Part shown: positions 38,791 to 51,851 of the stretch, one piece after another
Layout of the letters: each line of letters begins with the position of its first letter
Position numbering within the stretch: the stretch's first letter is position 1
Source of the DNA: Somniosus microcephalus
Lineage: Eukaryota
Direction: 5' to 3'
Assembly: GCA_052327205.1 (NCBI GenBank)
Contig: CM126225.1
Coordinates: 11,346,001-11,410,000, forward strand
Length of the DNA stretch: 64,000 nt
Position numbers and translations under genes: made by a program
The notes under the pieces: generated by a model
The model's input: the letters and a program-made list of their open reading frames with translations, nothing else
What the model was told of the DNA's origin: nothing
Databases searched by the model: none

Positions 38791-40614
38791 GTTCCGACAT
38801 TACAACAGTGACTGCACTTCAGAAGTACTTCATTGGTTGTAAAGCACGTTTGGGACATGCAGAGGTCACGAAAGGCGTTATGTAAACGCAAGTTTTTCTT
38901 CTTTCTTCCTTTCTTGCGGCGGCGTAACGCTACTTCCTGCTTTACTGCTACAATAGGGGAAGCGAGGAACTTTGGTTCCAACGCTTTGCGAATGATGAGT
39001 GTGGCTTTAATTGTGATGTGGGCTTACTGAAGGGGGCAGCCTCATGGGGGTGGGTGGGGGAGTGGGGGGGAAGAAGTGGGGGTGGAGGTCATTGTTTTGT
39101 ACCGTTTTATTACTCATTTAACTTCACTGTGCTTGCTATCAAAGAATGAGAGCCGCCCAACCACTTATCCATGAAATCAGTAAACCTCTCGGTGAGGGTA
39201 TTAGATGTTGGACTAGGGCTGAACACATGAAATCTCTTTGGTTCAGGTACATATACGAGAGAAAGGGAAAGTGATTTCCATTACAGAGACCAATTTTGGT
39301 GGTTCTTTTGGAGGGGAGGAGAGAGTCAACGCTAAATGCCTCTAGACACTGTTTCAAAGATTATGATGACACTGCCACAGCCGTTTTGGATGCCCCACTT
39401 GTTTGACAAAGTAGCTCTCAATTCCTTTTCCAATAATTCTTTTGGTGAATTTCTCAGGTGCGGGATAAGAGTGCTGCGGAATGGTACACTTCCACTTTGG
39501 GAACCACGGGGGCAGCACTGAGCACTCCCACATCAGGTAAAGTTACTTCTCCTCTGGCCCAATATGCCGTAAGCCCCAACTCAGAAGAGCACCTCCATTT
39601 TCCACACCACCCTGAATAAGGTTGCCAAGTTAGTGCCAATTTGTCGTCAGTTCTCTGCAGTGGCCTGATGCCCACTGGGGACTAGGTCAAGACTAGTTGA
39701 ACTCAGTTAACGTACAATCGTAAAATGAGTGGAGAGAGATTTTCATCATATTTGTATCGGCTTGACTTGTATCCATTTGGACAGTGTACCTAATCGACTG
39801 GACCACCCAAACAAACAACATTATTACCCAGTGTGCCTTCCATTCTCTGCCACTTGGCTCCATAACCTCATAAATTAAATATCTCTTACTTTTAGAATTC
39901 TATAGGCACCAAAACCCAAAAGCAGGCTCCCATTTATAGTCAGGAATTTCTGGCCTGCAGATCTCCACCAAACATTCCAGCAGAGACCAGCAACCACTCA
40001 CGGCGTGCTATAATTCAGGCCTAATTGGCACATATTGGGCAGTTTCCCTGAGAGAGGCCGCACAAGGAAAGATGGCACGAGAACAGGAAATGTCATACAG
40101 GTGCAATAACCACTGTTCTCCTGTGGTTCCAATTTGGGTGCATTTGGGGCTAATTATTAAAACATTTACAATTCCACTACGGCGCTTAACCTTTCAAGGT
40201 TTCTCTCGCCAACAAACTATGAGTTGCAAAAAGAAAACAATGATTTTTTTTTTGTTCCCAAGTTGAGCAATTTCTGCATTCCATCTTTAGCTGAAACCTT
40301 AGATCTCCAGCGTTCATCGATGTTTTATCGTTGACTATGCCAAGATTTTGTGCTATTTCAGACCATCTCAAGACGCGAGTTTCATACCCCTTGTATTCAG
40401 TGTGCAAATCACTCCAGCGGCTAAATGCACTGTGTGGTTGTGGCCATACAGACCGACACATTCACTGTTTAATCCCTAAACTGTGCTTCGTTAACTGATC
40501 TCAGATGCCACTGGGTTTATACGACCGATTTCAGCAGTCCTGGATCAGGGAGGGGGGAGAAAAATATCTGGCTGTGTTTGAGCCCCTGATCACTTTCTAA
40601 TAAATCCCGCTGGA

Positions 40615-41030
40615 TGAGAACATAAGAACGATAAGAATTAGGAGCAGGAGTCGGCCACACGGCCCCTCGATCATCGACCTCAACTCCACTTTCCCGCCCG
40701 ATCTCCATATCCCTTGATTCCCCTAGAGTCCAAAAATCTATCGATCTCAGCCTTGAATATACTCAATGACTCAGCATCCACAGCCCTTTGGGGCAGAGAA
40801 TTCCAAAGATTCACAACCCTCTGAGTGAAGAAATTCCTCCTCATTTCAGTCTTAAAAAGCCGACCCCTTATCCTGAGACTAGGCCCCTTAGTTCTAAACT
40901 CTCCAGCCAAGGGAAACAATCTCTCAGCATCTACCCTGTCAATCCCCCTCAGAATCTTATATGTTTCAATGAGATCACCTCTTATTCTTCTAAACTCTAG
41001 AGAGTATAGGTCCAATCTACTCAATGACTG
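40615..41030 (-). mobile_element. CR1 LINE 3' fragment
   Basis: ORF 40680..41024. Confidence 0.9.
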
Positions 41031-41642
41031 AGTGATAAAAGGATCAGGTTCAGTTGCAATACCTCATAGTCGAATAACCTACCGATGCTCACTGCTCATG
41101 CATGAAGATGTTCAATGATTGGGGTAACTTTCCACTGACTTAACACACCAAGCAGGGAGCCTCACCTTCCAGAAGCACAGACCAGGAATTCGAGCGTGCA
41201 ATGTACACAATTGTCTAACTTATGTTGGAAATCGTGCACATTGCACACCCAAATTTTCGATACACGCACCTGGAGGGATTGCAAATTTGGAACATTTCCA
41301 TTCTCCCTCCAGTACTGTATATCCTGATGGATGCTTTGGATGTGATTTATAACACTTCCAATGCTTTTTTAAAAATATATTTGTTGTTCAGGTGATTGGG
41401 GCATTACCAGATGATACTCTCTTCTCTAAATGAATCCTGATGTCTTTCTGTCTGGGCTGAGATGACCTTTTTCCTGCCCTTTGTCATAGGACAGAGTGGA
41501 GCTGCCAAAGTTAGTCAACAGAATGACAGGTGATCGCGGGGTATAAGGAGACTTGCTACCCCTCTATTCCCCCCTCCCCCTTCCCCCGCTATTTTCAGTG
41601 GGAGTGAAGTCATTGGCTCTCCCCATCCCAGCTTGCCCCTTA

Positions 41643-41879
<237 letters not shown>

Positions 41880-42014
41880 TTATCAGGAACGACTGAAGAG
41901 ATTTGGGCTTTTTAACCCGGAAAGGAAACGCCTGCGAGACGATCTTATATAAGATTGCTAAGGGTATAGAGAAAGTTAACGTGGCCTAGCAAACCACACA
42001 CAGTTGTATCAGAC

Positions 42015-42902
42015 ATAACAACAGAAAATGCTGGAAAAACTCAGCAGGCCAGGCAACATCCGTGGAGAGAGAAATAGAGTCAACGTTTCGGGTCGAAACC
42101 CTTCTACAGAACTGAGAGAAAAGGCAGGAAATGAAACAAAAGGCAGTTTGGGGGTTGGGAAATGGGGGAGGGGATGAAAGAAGAGACATTAAGAGATATT
42201 CAAGGTGAGACGAGATGGTAATAGGACAGGTAAAGAAACAGACAATGGCTCTAGATGAAGTGTGAAATGCGCTGGCAGAGTGAAAGACAGCTGCCATGTG
42301 GGAGAGAGAAAAAAAAAGGAAAAGTCACAAACCAAAAGTGTGGATAAAAAATATAAAAATATAATAGGGGTCGAGGTTATGATCTGAAGTTGTTGAACTC
42401 GATATTGAGTCCGGAAGGCTGTAAAGTGCCTAATCGGAAGATGAGGTGCTGTTCCTGGAGTTTACGGTGAGCTTCCGTGGAACAATGCAAGAGGCCGAGG
42501 ACGGTGAGGTCAGAGTGGGAATGGGGCGGTGAATTAAAGTGACAGGCGACCGGAAGCTCGGGGTCACCCTTACGGACTGAACGGAAGTATTCCGCAAAGC
42601 GGTCACCCAATCTGCGTTTGGTCTCCCCAATGTAGAGGAGACCGCATCGTGAGCAGCGAATACAGTGTACTAGATTGCAAGAAGTACAAGTAAATCGCTG
42701 TTTCACCTGGAAGGGGTGATTGGGGCCCTGAACAGTGGGAAGGGGGGAGGTATAAGGGCAGGTGTTGCATCTCCTGCGCTTGCACGGGAAGGTGCCGGGT
42801 GAAGGGGAAGGGGTGCTGGGGGTGACAGAGGAGTGGACTAGGGTGTCTCGGAGGAAGCAGTCCCTACGGAATGCTGAAAGGGGAGGGGAGGGGAAGATGC
42901 GT
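42015..42902 (-). mobile_element. 5'-truncated Penelope-like element with GIY-YIG endonuclease, inserted in a SINE
   Basis: ORF 42377..42706: FTCTSCNLVHCIRCSRCGLLYIGETKRRLGDRF...PVACHFN...GTLQPSGLN; TTGTATCAGAC duplicated at 42004-42014 and 42903-42913. Confidence 0.9.
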
Positions 42903-43129
42903 TTGTATCAGACCGTTAGTTGCGGTTCAGGAAGGCCGCCCACCCCCACCTTCTCAGGGCAACTAAGGATGGGCAATAAAAGCCGGGCTTGCCAGCGACA
43001 CCAATAAGAATGAATTTAAAAAAAACTTCCTAGAGGTATTATAAAATGGTGAATGTCGTGGAAACAGGTGAACCCAGAAGAAATCCATGTCTAGGAGTAC
43101 ATATCAAGGTAGCATAATAGGTGTACGGT

Positions 43130-43535
43130 AGCATAGTAGTTCTGTTACTGGACTAGTAACCCAGAGGCCTGGGCTAATGATTGCAGGGGCAAAAAGTTCA
43201 AATCCCACCATGGCAGCTGGGCAATTTAAATTCAGTTAGTTAAATAAATCTGGAATAAGAAGCTACGGAAACTACTGGATTGTTGTGAAACCCCATCTGG
43301 TTCACTAATGTCCGTTAGGGAAGGAAATCTGCTGTCCTTACCCGGTCTGGCCTATATGTGATTCCAGACCCACAGCAATGTGGTTGACTCTTAACTGCCC
43401 TCTGAAATGGCTGAGCGAGACACTCAGTTGTACCAAATCATTAAAAGAAGAATTGTGGACTAAGGTAGCTCATGAGCAATTAGGGATGGGCAATAAATGC
43501 TGGCCGTGCCAGTGATACCCACATCCTGTGAACAA
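43130..43535 (+). mobile_element. tRNA-headed SINE, second family
   Basis: gcatagt..ttactggactagtaa...gttcaaatcccacc head; homologous to 44588-45345. Confidence 0.7.
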
Positions 43536-44587
43536 ATAAAGAAAAACAGTTGAAGATTAAGGTGTTGGCCAGAAAGTAATTTATTTCAGTGGGATGATTG
43601 GAGATCTAGCCCAAATTAATTGGTTGTAAAAAATGGTAAGCTAAAAAGATGGACTGTTTGTTTTGTTACAGCTGGTTCCAACGTTGCTACAACAAAGATG
43701 ATTTTGTCCTTTATCTATATTTATCCTGGTACAATCTTTTGATCCCATACCTTTCCAGATACTTGTCAGATTATTAAAGCTCTCTCTTTGCAGCTGTGAA
43801 GATCTTCAGCAGAACCAGCAGTAAATTAAAAACCGACACGAATCTTAACATTTTACTTGGAGAGATCTCAAAATCAGAATTCTACGACACTGGAATTTGA
43901 CTTTTAATCTAACAGTAATTCTTCTCGTTGTGCAATCCAAGTTATTATTAAACTCAATTACAGGGACAATTGCATTTGGACAGATGAAGTATTGTAACTC
44001 TGAGTCTTTATTGGTCTATTCAGAGAAAGATGTTTTCATTGCCAACGATTGCTACATGGTGGGATCACTGGCGTAGAAATAAAGAGCATTGTTATATTTA
44101 AAAGATCACAAGATAAATAAAGCTGAGGGAGGCCATTCAGTTCAATTTAGCTTATCCATCCACATAAACCTTCAATCCTCCAACACAGAATCCAGAGGTG
44201 TCTTAGATATTTATATTACAGATTTAGTGTTGGTATGAAGTGGTTCTGACGCTAAAGCTATGACCTGACCCTCAAGTGAAGTGGAGTGAGATTTCCTCCT
44301 CTTGGGAATCTTACTCTACCTCACTGCAGTGTCAAGGTTGGATCCTTGACACAGGGGTACGGTGGCATATATTGGTTATATTACTGGACTAGTAATCCAA
44401 AGGTCTGGGCTAATGTGCGTGGTATTTACAACGTAAAAGCCGATGAGCGGTCTGCGCGGGATCTTTTGAGAAGACTGCGCGGCTGCACACGTGCAGCTCA
44501 ATGGGAACATTGCTCCTGCCTCTATCCGCCCCGCCCAGTGAAAAAGCCTTTAACCCCCCCCCTCCATCTCCAATATTCTTATAACTG

Positions 44588-45345
44588 TAGCATAGTGGTT
44601 AGTTTACTGGACTAGCAATCCAGAGACCTGGACTAATGATCCAGAGACATGAGTTCAAATTCCCAGCCACGGCAGCTGGGGAATTTAAATTCAGTTAATT
44701 AAATAAATCTGGAATACAGGAAAGTTTGGTTTATCCGGAGGTTGTATGGCTGGAAACCTCGATCTAACGGCAGAAATCAGCAGCTGCTTTGTTAGGTTTT
44801 TTTTCTTTTTTTTTCTTCTCCTAGCATTTTTTTGAACAGTCAGTCTCTGGAAAGCCTCTCTGAAGCTGTTGCTAAGCTACAGAGACGCTTCCAAGGTACG
44901 GGCCGACTGTTTACAACCTGTTGCTAAGCAACAGTGTTTGTTGTCAGATACGGAGATGAAAACCTCCGTATCCTTCAACATTAGCGTTGGTCTGTCCGGA
45001 AGTTTTCATAGATCGGCATCACGCTGGTCCCGTCGGTGCCGGATATCGCGAAGTTTCCTGTAAAAAGCTAGTATCAGTAATGGTGACCATGAAACTACCG
45101 GATTATCGTAAAAACCCATCTGGTTCACTAATGTCCTTTAGGGAAGGAAATCTGCCGTCCTTATCTGGTGTGGCCGATATGTGACTCCAGAGCCACAGCA
45201 ATGTGGTCAACTCTTAACTTCCCTTCTGAAATGGCCTAGCAAGCCACTCAGTTGTCAAGAAGGCGGCTCACCACCACCATCCCGAGGGCAATTAGGGATG
45301 GGCAATAAATGCTGGCCTTGCCAGTGAGAGCCACATCCCATGAAT
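44588..45345 (+). mobile_element. tRNA-headed SINE (second family) interrupted by a CAGGAAA-type MITE at 44717-45060
   Basis: SINE halves rejoin at ggaaTA|aaaagcta; the MITE has TA-flanked TIRs. Confidence 0.8.
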
Positions 45346-46140
45346 GAATGAATAAATCCTGACTCCAGGTGTGGTTGCGTTTGCACTATAGGGGTGATGC
45401 AGCGATCCGGCATTCCCAGTGGGGAACAGTGCTCGGAAGCAGGGCACCTTAGGAAATCGTGGGCACTCAATCTGTGATTTCCCATCCAATAATGAATGGA
45501 AAGTCACAGGCTATGTGCGTGTGTAGGTCAGTTCAAGAAGATAACCAATACGGTGGGCATCAATCATTTTAATGATCAAATACAATTAGTTACATATAGT
45601 AACAAGGCAGTAAGAACAAAAGATGGATATTACCCCAATCCTTCGGAGAACAGACGATCATGGATTCAAACTGTCCCTTTATTCTTTGCTCCTGTCCTGC
45701 CCTTCACGCTTAAGGTAGTTCTTTATATACCTACAACTCCATGTGGCAGCCACATGACCATGACATCATTCACCCTCAGCCAATCAGTGACACGGTAACC
45801 CCTTTAACCCATATGCTTCCTGTAAAGTCTGTGTGTTGTATAGCGAATTAATACACAGACTACAAGAGTAAACTTTAACAGGACTTTACTATTCGAAGGT
45901 CAGGGCGAATCTGCCCAATCACTCATTACACAGCACTTATATACCGGTGTGGTCACCACCGGTATTACAGTATACAGCAGCCAAAATAAAGTAGTGCAAC
46001 ACCTAAAATAGTTCTCTTAAAGGTGGACGGTTACATACAATAGTTCTCTTAAAGGTAGAACGGTTACATACACAACAATCCTCCCTTTTTAGCTTACAAC
46101 ATACTTATTTCCCATTAAACATAACATATATCCAACTTCA

Positions 46141-46260
46141 TGTAAAACAGTTCACAGATGTAGTCTCTGCGGAAAACAGTTCACAGATTCAGTCTCTGCG
46201 GGAAAACAGTTCACAGATTCAGTCTCTGCGGAAACAGTTCACAGATTCAGTCTCTGTGGA
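46141..46260. repeat. About 4 tandem copies of a ~29-bp unit (aaaacagttcacagattcagtctctgcgg) in the 3' region of LTR copy 2
   Basis: Single copy at the equivalent site of copy 1 (about 14908-14936). Confidence 0.85.
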
Positions 46261-46526
46261 GGCGTCTCCTGTGCTTCCTGACTCGGTCCGGACAACGCCT
46301 CGGTGTTGTAACAGTTCCCTGTGGTGTAGTCAGTTCACGTTGCTGGAGTGACTCATCCAATAGTCCTTCAATGGACTTAACAGCTTGAACTTCCATCACT
46401 TCTGAACCAGCATTGCTGACTTCTAAAAGCTTGAGTACCTTGGAAAGTTTTTCTACTTCCGAACTGATTTGGCTCCGTTCGGAGGGACCACGTGTGTGAT
46501 CTGGCAGGTGATAATGGTTCAGATGG

Positions 46527-49187
46527 TCATCTTCTGCTTCGACTTTTCCTTTTCTGCTTCTTGGAGACTCTCTGGGCTCCACTGTCAGCTGCCAGCTGCA
46601 TGCACATTTCCTCCTTCTCTTCCTCCTTTTTCCGTAGTAGCGCCACCATCTCCCGGTGTTCCTTAGACTTTTTGTGATTCTTCATGGTTTCTGCACTTTG
46701 GGAGTTTTCATCACAAGCTGGGCAGAACAGGTCATCGTAATATTCGGTGTCGTCCAACAGGTCATGGTAATATTCGGTGTCGTCCTGAGCTAGGCCAGCG
46801 AGAGGGTCTTCTATTTCCTCCATACCCAGCTGGACGGTAGCCAGCTTTTGTTCCAAATCCAGACATTTTTCCTGAAGAGACTTCTTCATGTGTTCAGCTT
46901 CATCCAGCTTTTTCTGGGCTTTCTGCAAGTCTTTTACTAATGACCTCATTTGTGATTTCAATACTTCAACTTCATTCGGAGATTGATTGATCGGACTATT
47001 CAATCCCTCTACTGGAGCAGCTGTTTCAGCCTTCTGTTGTTCTACATTGACGTGAGTCAGCGTACTTTTGGCATCCACGGGCTGCTCTGCTGCAGTCTGC
47101 TCAGTCTGTGTTGTCACCTCAGCTATTTCAATAACTTTTGAGAGCTCCGAAACCCTTTCCTTTGAAGATTGAAGCTCGTGTTCAAGTTTTTCCCATTTCA
47201 GAGTCTTGTCCCTCAGCATATGAAGGAGTTGACTGACCGTTAACCCTTCTGACATCAGACGTTTCCCAGTATCGTCATCCTGTGTTTTTGACGGATAGGC
47301 TACAGGGCTGTTGGTAACCTTGCACTGGGGTCCCTTTGCTGCTTCTAATTCTCCATCATCTGCAGCCTCCACCATTCGAATTTCAACAAATGAATCGTTC
47401 GGTGGTGCTGCACCCAACTTCAGTAGGAGCTCGGAATTCATGGCAACCAAATCAGCCTTTTCTGCCTGCAACCTGCTACCAAGCGCCTTCAGTTGCTGAA
47501 CATCTTGCTCCACCAGATTAGGGCACGCCCCTTCAGAACCCGAATCAGCTTTGATTCGTTTGGCCTCCTCGCGCAGACGGTTTGTGTGCTCCTGCTCCAT
47601 TTTCTCCATCAGCTGCTTCTGTTGTCTTTCCAGATTCTCCCACTCTGTATCAAAGAACTTTTTCGTTGCATTCATCTCTTGCTCAAGACGGCGAATTATT
47701 TGTTCTAATTGTTGTTGTAGTTTGAATTGGAGTTGAGTTCGAGCCCGGTGTCCCTCAGAAGTGTGCATGTCTGTAGGCTGGACAGACTCAGAATTCTCTG
47801 TCAAACTATGTTGTTGTTGCTCAGTGGAATTCTGTTCTGAAACTTTGTTCTCCTCTAAAGCATAAGCATTTATGCACTCCTTCGTTTTTCCAACATTAGT
47901 CTGCAAGTCCATTTTAGCCTTGTCTTTTGCACATGGGTTGGTCTTACCATCATCAGTTCCAGAGTCTGGGCTGATTATCTTCACCGAGTTCTCACGCTTT
48001 ATGGTTTTTAGGAAGTGCCAGTCCATATTTATTTTCCTGATCCACTCCCGTCCCAGAAGTGGTGGACCCCCCTCAGGCAGTACATATAAGTCCATTCCTT
48101 GGTGTTCTTTGCCCTTGTCTCTCACCTTGACTTTTATCTTTCCGATGGGGTATACTCTTCGCCCCGTGTATGTCTGCAATACAATCTTGGAATCTCTCAA
48201 GGGAATGTGTGAGAATAGCCTCTTGTAGTCCTTTCGGTTTATGACTGTTAGGGCTGATCCTGTGTCCAACTCCATTTTCACTTGGACTCCGGCTATTTTG
48301 AGTGTGACCCAGATAATTTGTAGGTCAACTTCCTTACTCGCATTGTGAATTCTCAGACTATCCAGTTCTTGGCTGTTGGAGTCTGAATCCGAATTCTGTT
48401 CATCTGAACTCTTCTCAGTCACCTTGTGTATCTTGCTGTGCTTTTCCTGCGGTGACTTTTTTTTGTTGCTGGTCTTCTTTCCTGACCGGCATACTTTAGC
48501 TATGTGACCAATCTTGCCACATTTTCTACATTCCTGGTTTTTAAACCAGCATTGGTTCTGGCCGTGTGTTGTCTTCCCACAACGATAACATTTCGTTGTA
48601 CCCGAAGTCACTTGATCCACGCTGAGTACCGCTGCCTTCAGCTGCATTTCCGCCGTGCCTCTCGCTGCGGCTTCGTGCGATGCTGCAATAAGGACAGCCT
48701 TATCAAGTGTAAGATCATTCTCTTCAAGCAGTCGCTTTTGTGTTCCTTCCTTCGACAACCCGCACACGAACTTGTCTCTCAATGCCTCTGTCAGATTTTC
48801 CCCAAACTGACAGTATTTCGCTAGTCTACGTAGTTCAACCAAATATTCCGCGTTGCTTTCCTCTTTCCGTTGCGTTCTCGCATAAAATTTGAATCGTTCC
48901 GCCAACATCAGTGGTGTGGGGTTCAAATGATCCTTCAGGACAGCAACAATATTAGCGAACGTCTGATCCGCCGGTTTAGCCGGTGATAGAAGATGCTTCA
49001 ATAGCCCGTATGTCTTCGCCCCCATTGAGTTTAGTAAGGTTATAGCTTTATCATCATCTTCTATTTTATTGGCCTCACAATATATCTCGATGCGTTCTAC
49101 ATACGTGGCCCAATCTTCTACCTCGGAATTGAAATTGTTGATGTTACCACGCTTAGGCATCTTCACAATCTTTCTAAGAAACAACAA
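46527..49187 (-). CDS. 886-aa chimeric Gag-protease-(STK10/SLK)-(OPTN)-(DNAJC21) ORF; likely start is the MPKRGN ATG at about 49160
   Basis: Colinear and highly similar to 14924..17830; a 7-nt difference near 46585 changes the C-terminal frame. Confidence 0.9.
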   Translation of the reverse strand: MLFLRKIVKMPKRGNINNFNSEVEDWATYVERIEIYCEANKIEDDDKAITLLNSMGAKTYGLLKHLLSPAKPADQTFANIVAVLKDHLNPTPLMLAERFKFYARTQRKEESNAEYLVELRRLAKYCQFGENLTEALRDKFVCGLSKEGTQKRLLEENDLTLDKAVLIAASHEAAARGTAEMQLKAAVLSVDQVTSGTTKCYRCGKTTHGQNQCWFKNQECRKCGKIGHIAKVCRSGKKTSNKKKSPQEKHSKIHKVTEKSSDEQNSDSDSNSQELDSLRIHNASKEVDLQIIWVTLKIAGVQVKMELDTGSALTVINRKDYKRLFSHIPLRDSKIVLQTYTGRRVYPIGKIKVKVRDKGKEHQGMDLYVLPEGGPPLLGREWIRKINMDWHFLKTIKRENSVKIISPDSGTDDGKTNPCAKDKAKMDLQTNVGKTKECINAYALEENKVSEQNSTEQQQHSLTENSESVQPTDMHTSEGHRARTQLQFKLQQQLEQIIRRLEQEMNATKKFFDTEWENLERQQKQLMEKMEQEHTNRLREEAKRIKADSGSEGACPNLVEQDVQQLKALGSRLQAEKADLVAMNSELLLKLGAAPPNDSFVEIRMVEAADDGELEAAKGPQCKVTNSPVAYPSKTQDDDTGKRLMSEGLTVSQLLHMLRDKTLKWEKLEHELQSSKERVSELSKVIEIAEVTTQTEQTAAEQPVDAKSTLTHVNVEQQKAETAAPVEGLNSPINQSPNEVEVLKSQMRSLVKDLQKAQKKLDEAEHMKKSLQEKCLDLEQKLATVQLGMEEIEDPLAGLAQDDTEYYHDLLDDTEYYDDLFCPACDENSQSAETMKNHKKSKEHREMVALLRKKEEEKEEMCMQLAADSGAQRVSKKQKRKSRSRR

Positions 49188-51851
49188 CGAAGTTTTCCTT
49201 TAACTTTTTTTTTCTAAAATGGCGGTTTCCCGCGCTGATCTTCTTCCCCGCCCACTTTCAAGATGGCGGTTTCGCGCTTGTCTTCTTCCCCGCCTAACTG
49301 GCGGCTTCCCGCGTTTCTTCCTCTGGTGGGAGGGGTAAGCTTTGCCCTCGGGCGACGACCGCTGGTTTACGGGGTTTGCAGCCTGCGCGCCGGCTTCAGT
49401 TTATTCTGAAGCGCGCGCGCGCGCGCGCGCGAGAACAGCCGATCGCGTTCCCTTTTTCGGCAGGGGCAACCGGCGCTGGGGACAACCAGTTGGTGTCGGA
49501 CAGCTCCAGCTCCCGGTCCTTCACGGCAGCCGCTGTAAGCCGCTGGCCGGAACCTCGCTCGGCCCCGCTCCCCCCTCGCTCGGGCTCTGTCTCTCCCGCT
49601 TGCCGGCATGGTCTCGCTCGCTCTCTCTCTCGGGCTCCGTCTCTCCAGCTCGCTCGGCTCTCCCAGACCTCCCGCAGTCCGGTCCTTTCCTCCCCCGGCT
49701 GCGGCCGAGTCCCTCGCAGTTTATTTATTTATTTATTGCCTCCGCGCCTTATGATCCCGGTCACAGCGCCTCGCGGCCTCGGTAGGTGCCCGGCCTTTAA
49801 CCCGCTGCGTTCCTGCTTGTAGTCCGGTCTCTCACACCGGCTGCGTTCCCTGCACCGCGGCTGCCGTGCCCTACGCTGCCCCAGTCTCAGCGCCTCTGGC
49901 CCCGACTTCTGTCCGGCTCCTTTCCCCTGGCCGTGGTCGAGTTCACCGCCCTTATCCTCCGTTTCTTTTTTATTTTTCCCCCTACTCACAGTCAACGTGG
50001 CCGACTTGCTTCTCGTGGCTGATCGGCTCACTCACTACCGTGACAGAAGGGACGACCACTGCCTGTTGCTGATGGAAGGCCTCGTGTCAGATTTCTTCCT
50101 TCTTCCTTGCTCTGCAGACTCGAGTCTTCTCTCAGCAGAACGGCGAGGGCGGATGCCTCTTCTCGACACTTGTTAACTGCTTCGGATGTATCGCTGCCGC
50201 AGGGTAAGATCGAACTCGTCGCCACTGTAAAGTCTGTGTGTTGTATAGCGAATTAATACACAGACTACAAGAGTAAACTTTAACAGGACTTTACTATTCG
50301 AAGGTCAGGGCGAATCTGCCCAATCACTCATTACACAGCACTTATATACCGGTGTGGTCACCACCGGTATTACAGTATACAGCAGCCAAAATAAAGTAGT
50401 GCAACACCTAAAATAGTTCTCTTAAAGGTGGACGGTTACATACAATAGTTCTCTTAAAGGTAGAACGGTTACATACACAACACTTCCATTTTTTATTTTT
50501 CCCTGAATCTTTCCAGCAGATTTCCATCAGAAATAACTTAAAACAAACTGCAGTAACTGAGGAGAGTCCCGCTCCATTATTTTTTTCCCCAGCTGAGTGG
50601 TTCCTGAGGAATTTTGGGCTCTCTGCTTAAAAAGTGTCTGGGCAGATGAAACTTGGCTTTGCATAGGGCTGTTGTCATAGTTCAATGGGCGTAAACCCCA
50701 AGCAGCTTGATACTACCTCCTGGAGGTTGCCCAATATCTCATGCCTAAGTTCACCTGAATACAGTCCATTGAGGCAAAGCATCGGCATAAAATGTGCATT
50801 ATAACAGAGCTGTGCTGAGGGGGACATAGTGCCAATCAGCAAAACTCATTAGACTATTGCATTTCGTTGCTGCCAATTTTCTACCCTTCTGAAAGCACTG
50901 ACTCGCAGCTAGAGCACAGTTCCATGTCACCCACTCATCCAAGTGGCCATTATTTATGTGTGGACTTTACATCGTGAGTGTTGGCAGGATAAACGACAGT
51001 GCCAATCCTGATCTTGTCTTCACCCAACATCCACACGCACGCCGTCTGCTGAACAATGATCAGTAGGAGGGACCATGGGTGGTCACCCCACCACCTGAAC
51101 CCAAAGGCATTGCGGGGAATCAGTTCCCTTTACTGGTAGCCTCGCTGAGATCAGCCAACTCCGTGCCAAATGGGGATTGAACTTGGGACCTTCCTGGTCT
51201 TCATAGCTCAGCTGCTCCCTGCCTTAACCAGTTGAGAGACTATGCCATTTACAATCAGCCCTCTGAACTCAACACATGATTTTAATATCTCACAGATGTA
51301 GTAGAGCAATTAGACAAGAGCTTTAGGGATTACACAATTTAATATTTTTTTAAAGAAAGAGCTCCAGCATTGTGTAATTATTTTTACTGAAATCGCTATT
51401 ACTCTTCAAAAAATGCCCCGCTCCTGTAGAAGAAAAATATTTGAACTCATTGCAATAATTTTTGAATTTTGGAACCATGGGAATGGTAAGTTCGCTGAAC
51501 CTGATCAAAGCGGGATTGTTGTTTTATTTTTCACTTCATCGAGCGCTGACTGCCCTCCGACCCCTTCGGTCATGATGATGTCATTGCGCTCTGCGCCAGG
51601 GAATGTGGCCTTCTCTTGTTAGAAAAATAAAAATAATGAGTCAGTCTCTGGAGCTCCTCAATGCTCTTTGCAGGTAGAACAAACTTGTTATGACAGGAGA
51701 CTCAGCAGGAGAGAGAAGAAAATATTCGCCGAGAAGGATACTTTAAAATATTTTTGCCTTTTAAGTTTCGTTTTAATTTTAGGTGCTGATTTTAGTTAAT
51801 AAAAACTGCTTTCTATTTTTTGATAGTGATCCAGTGGGTGGAAATTTAGGT

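Larger units (their letters stand above)
45821..50482 (-). mobile_element. Non-autonomous Ty3/Gypsy (Mag-like) LTR retrotransposon, copy 2
   Basis: 257-bp LTRs at 45821-46077 and 50226-50482, identical by eye; TSD CTTCC; PBS TGGCGACGAG at 50215-50224; PPT at about 46079-46090. Confidence 0.95.

Noticed and set aside
45520-45820. Possible older LTR targeted by element copy 2
   Set aside because: LTR-like composition, but I could not identify matching termini or a TSD
45821-50482. Segmental duplication or assembly duplicate of 13895-19430
   Set aside because: Similarity stops at the LTR ends, the TSDs differ, and LTRs match within each element better than between elements
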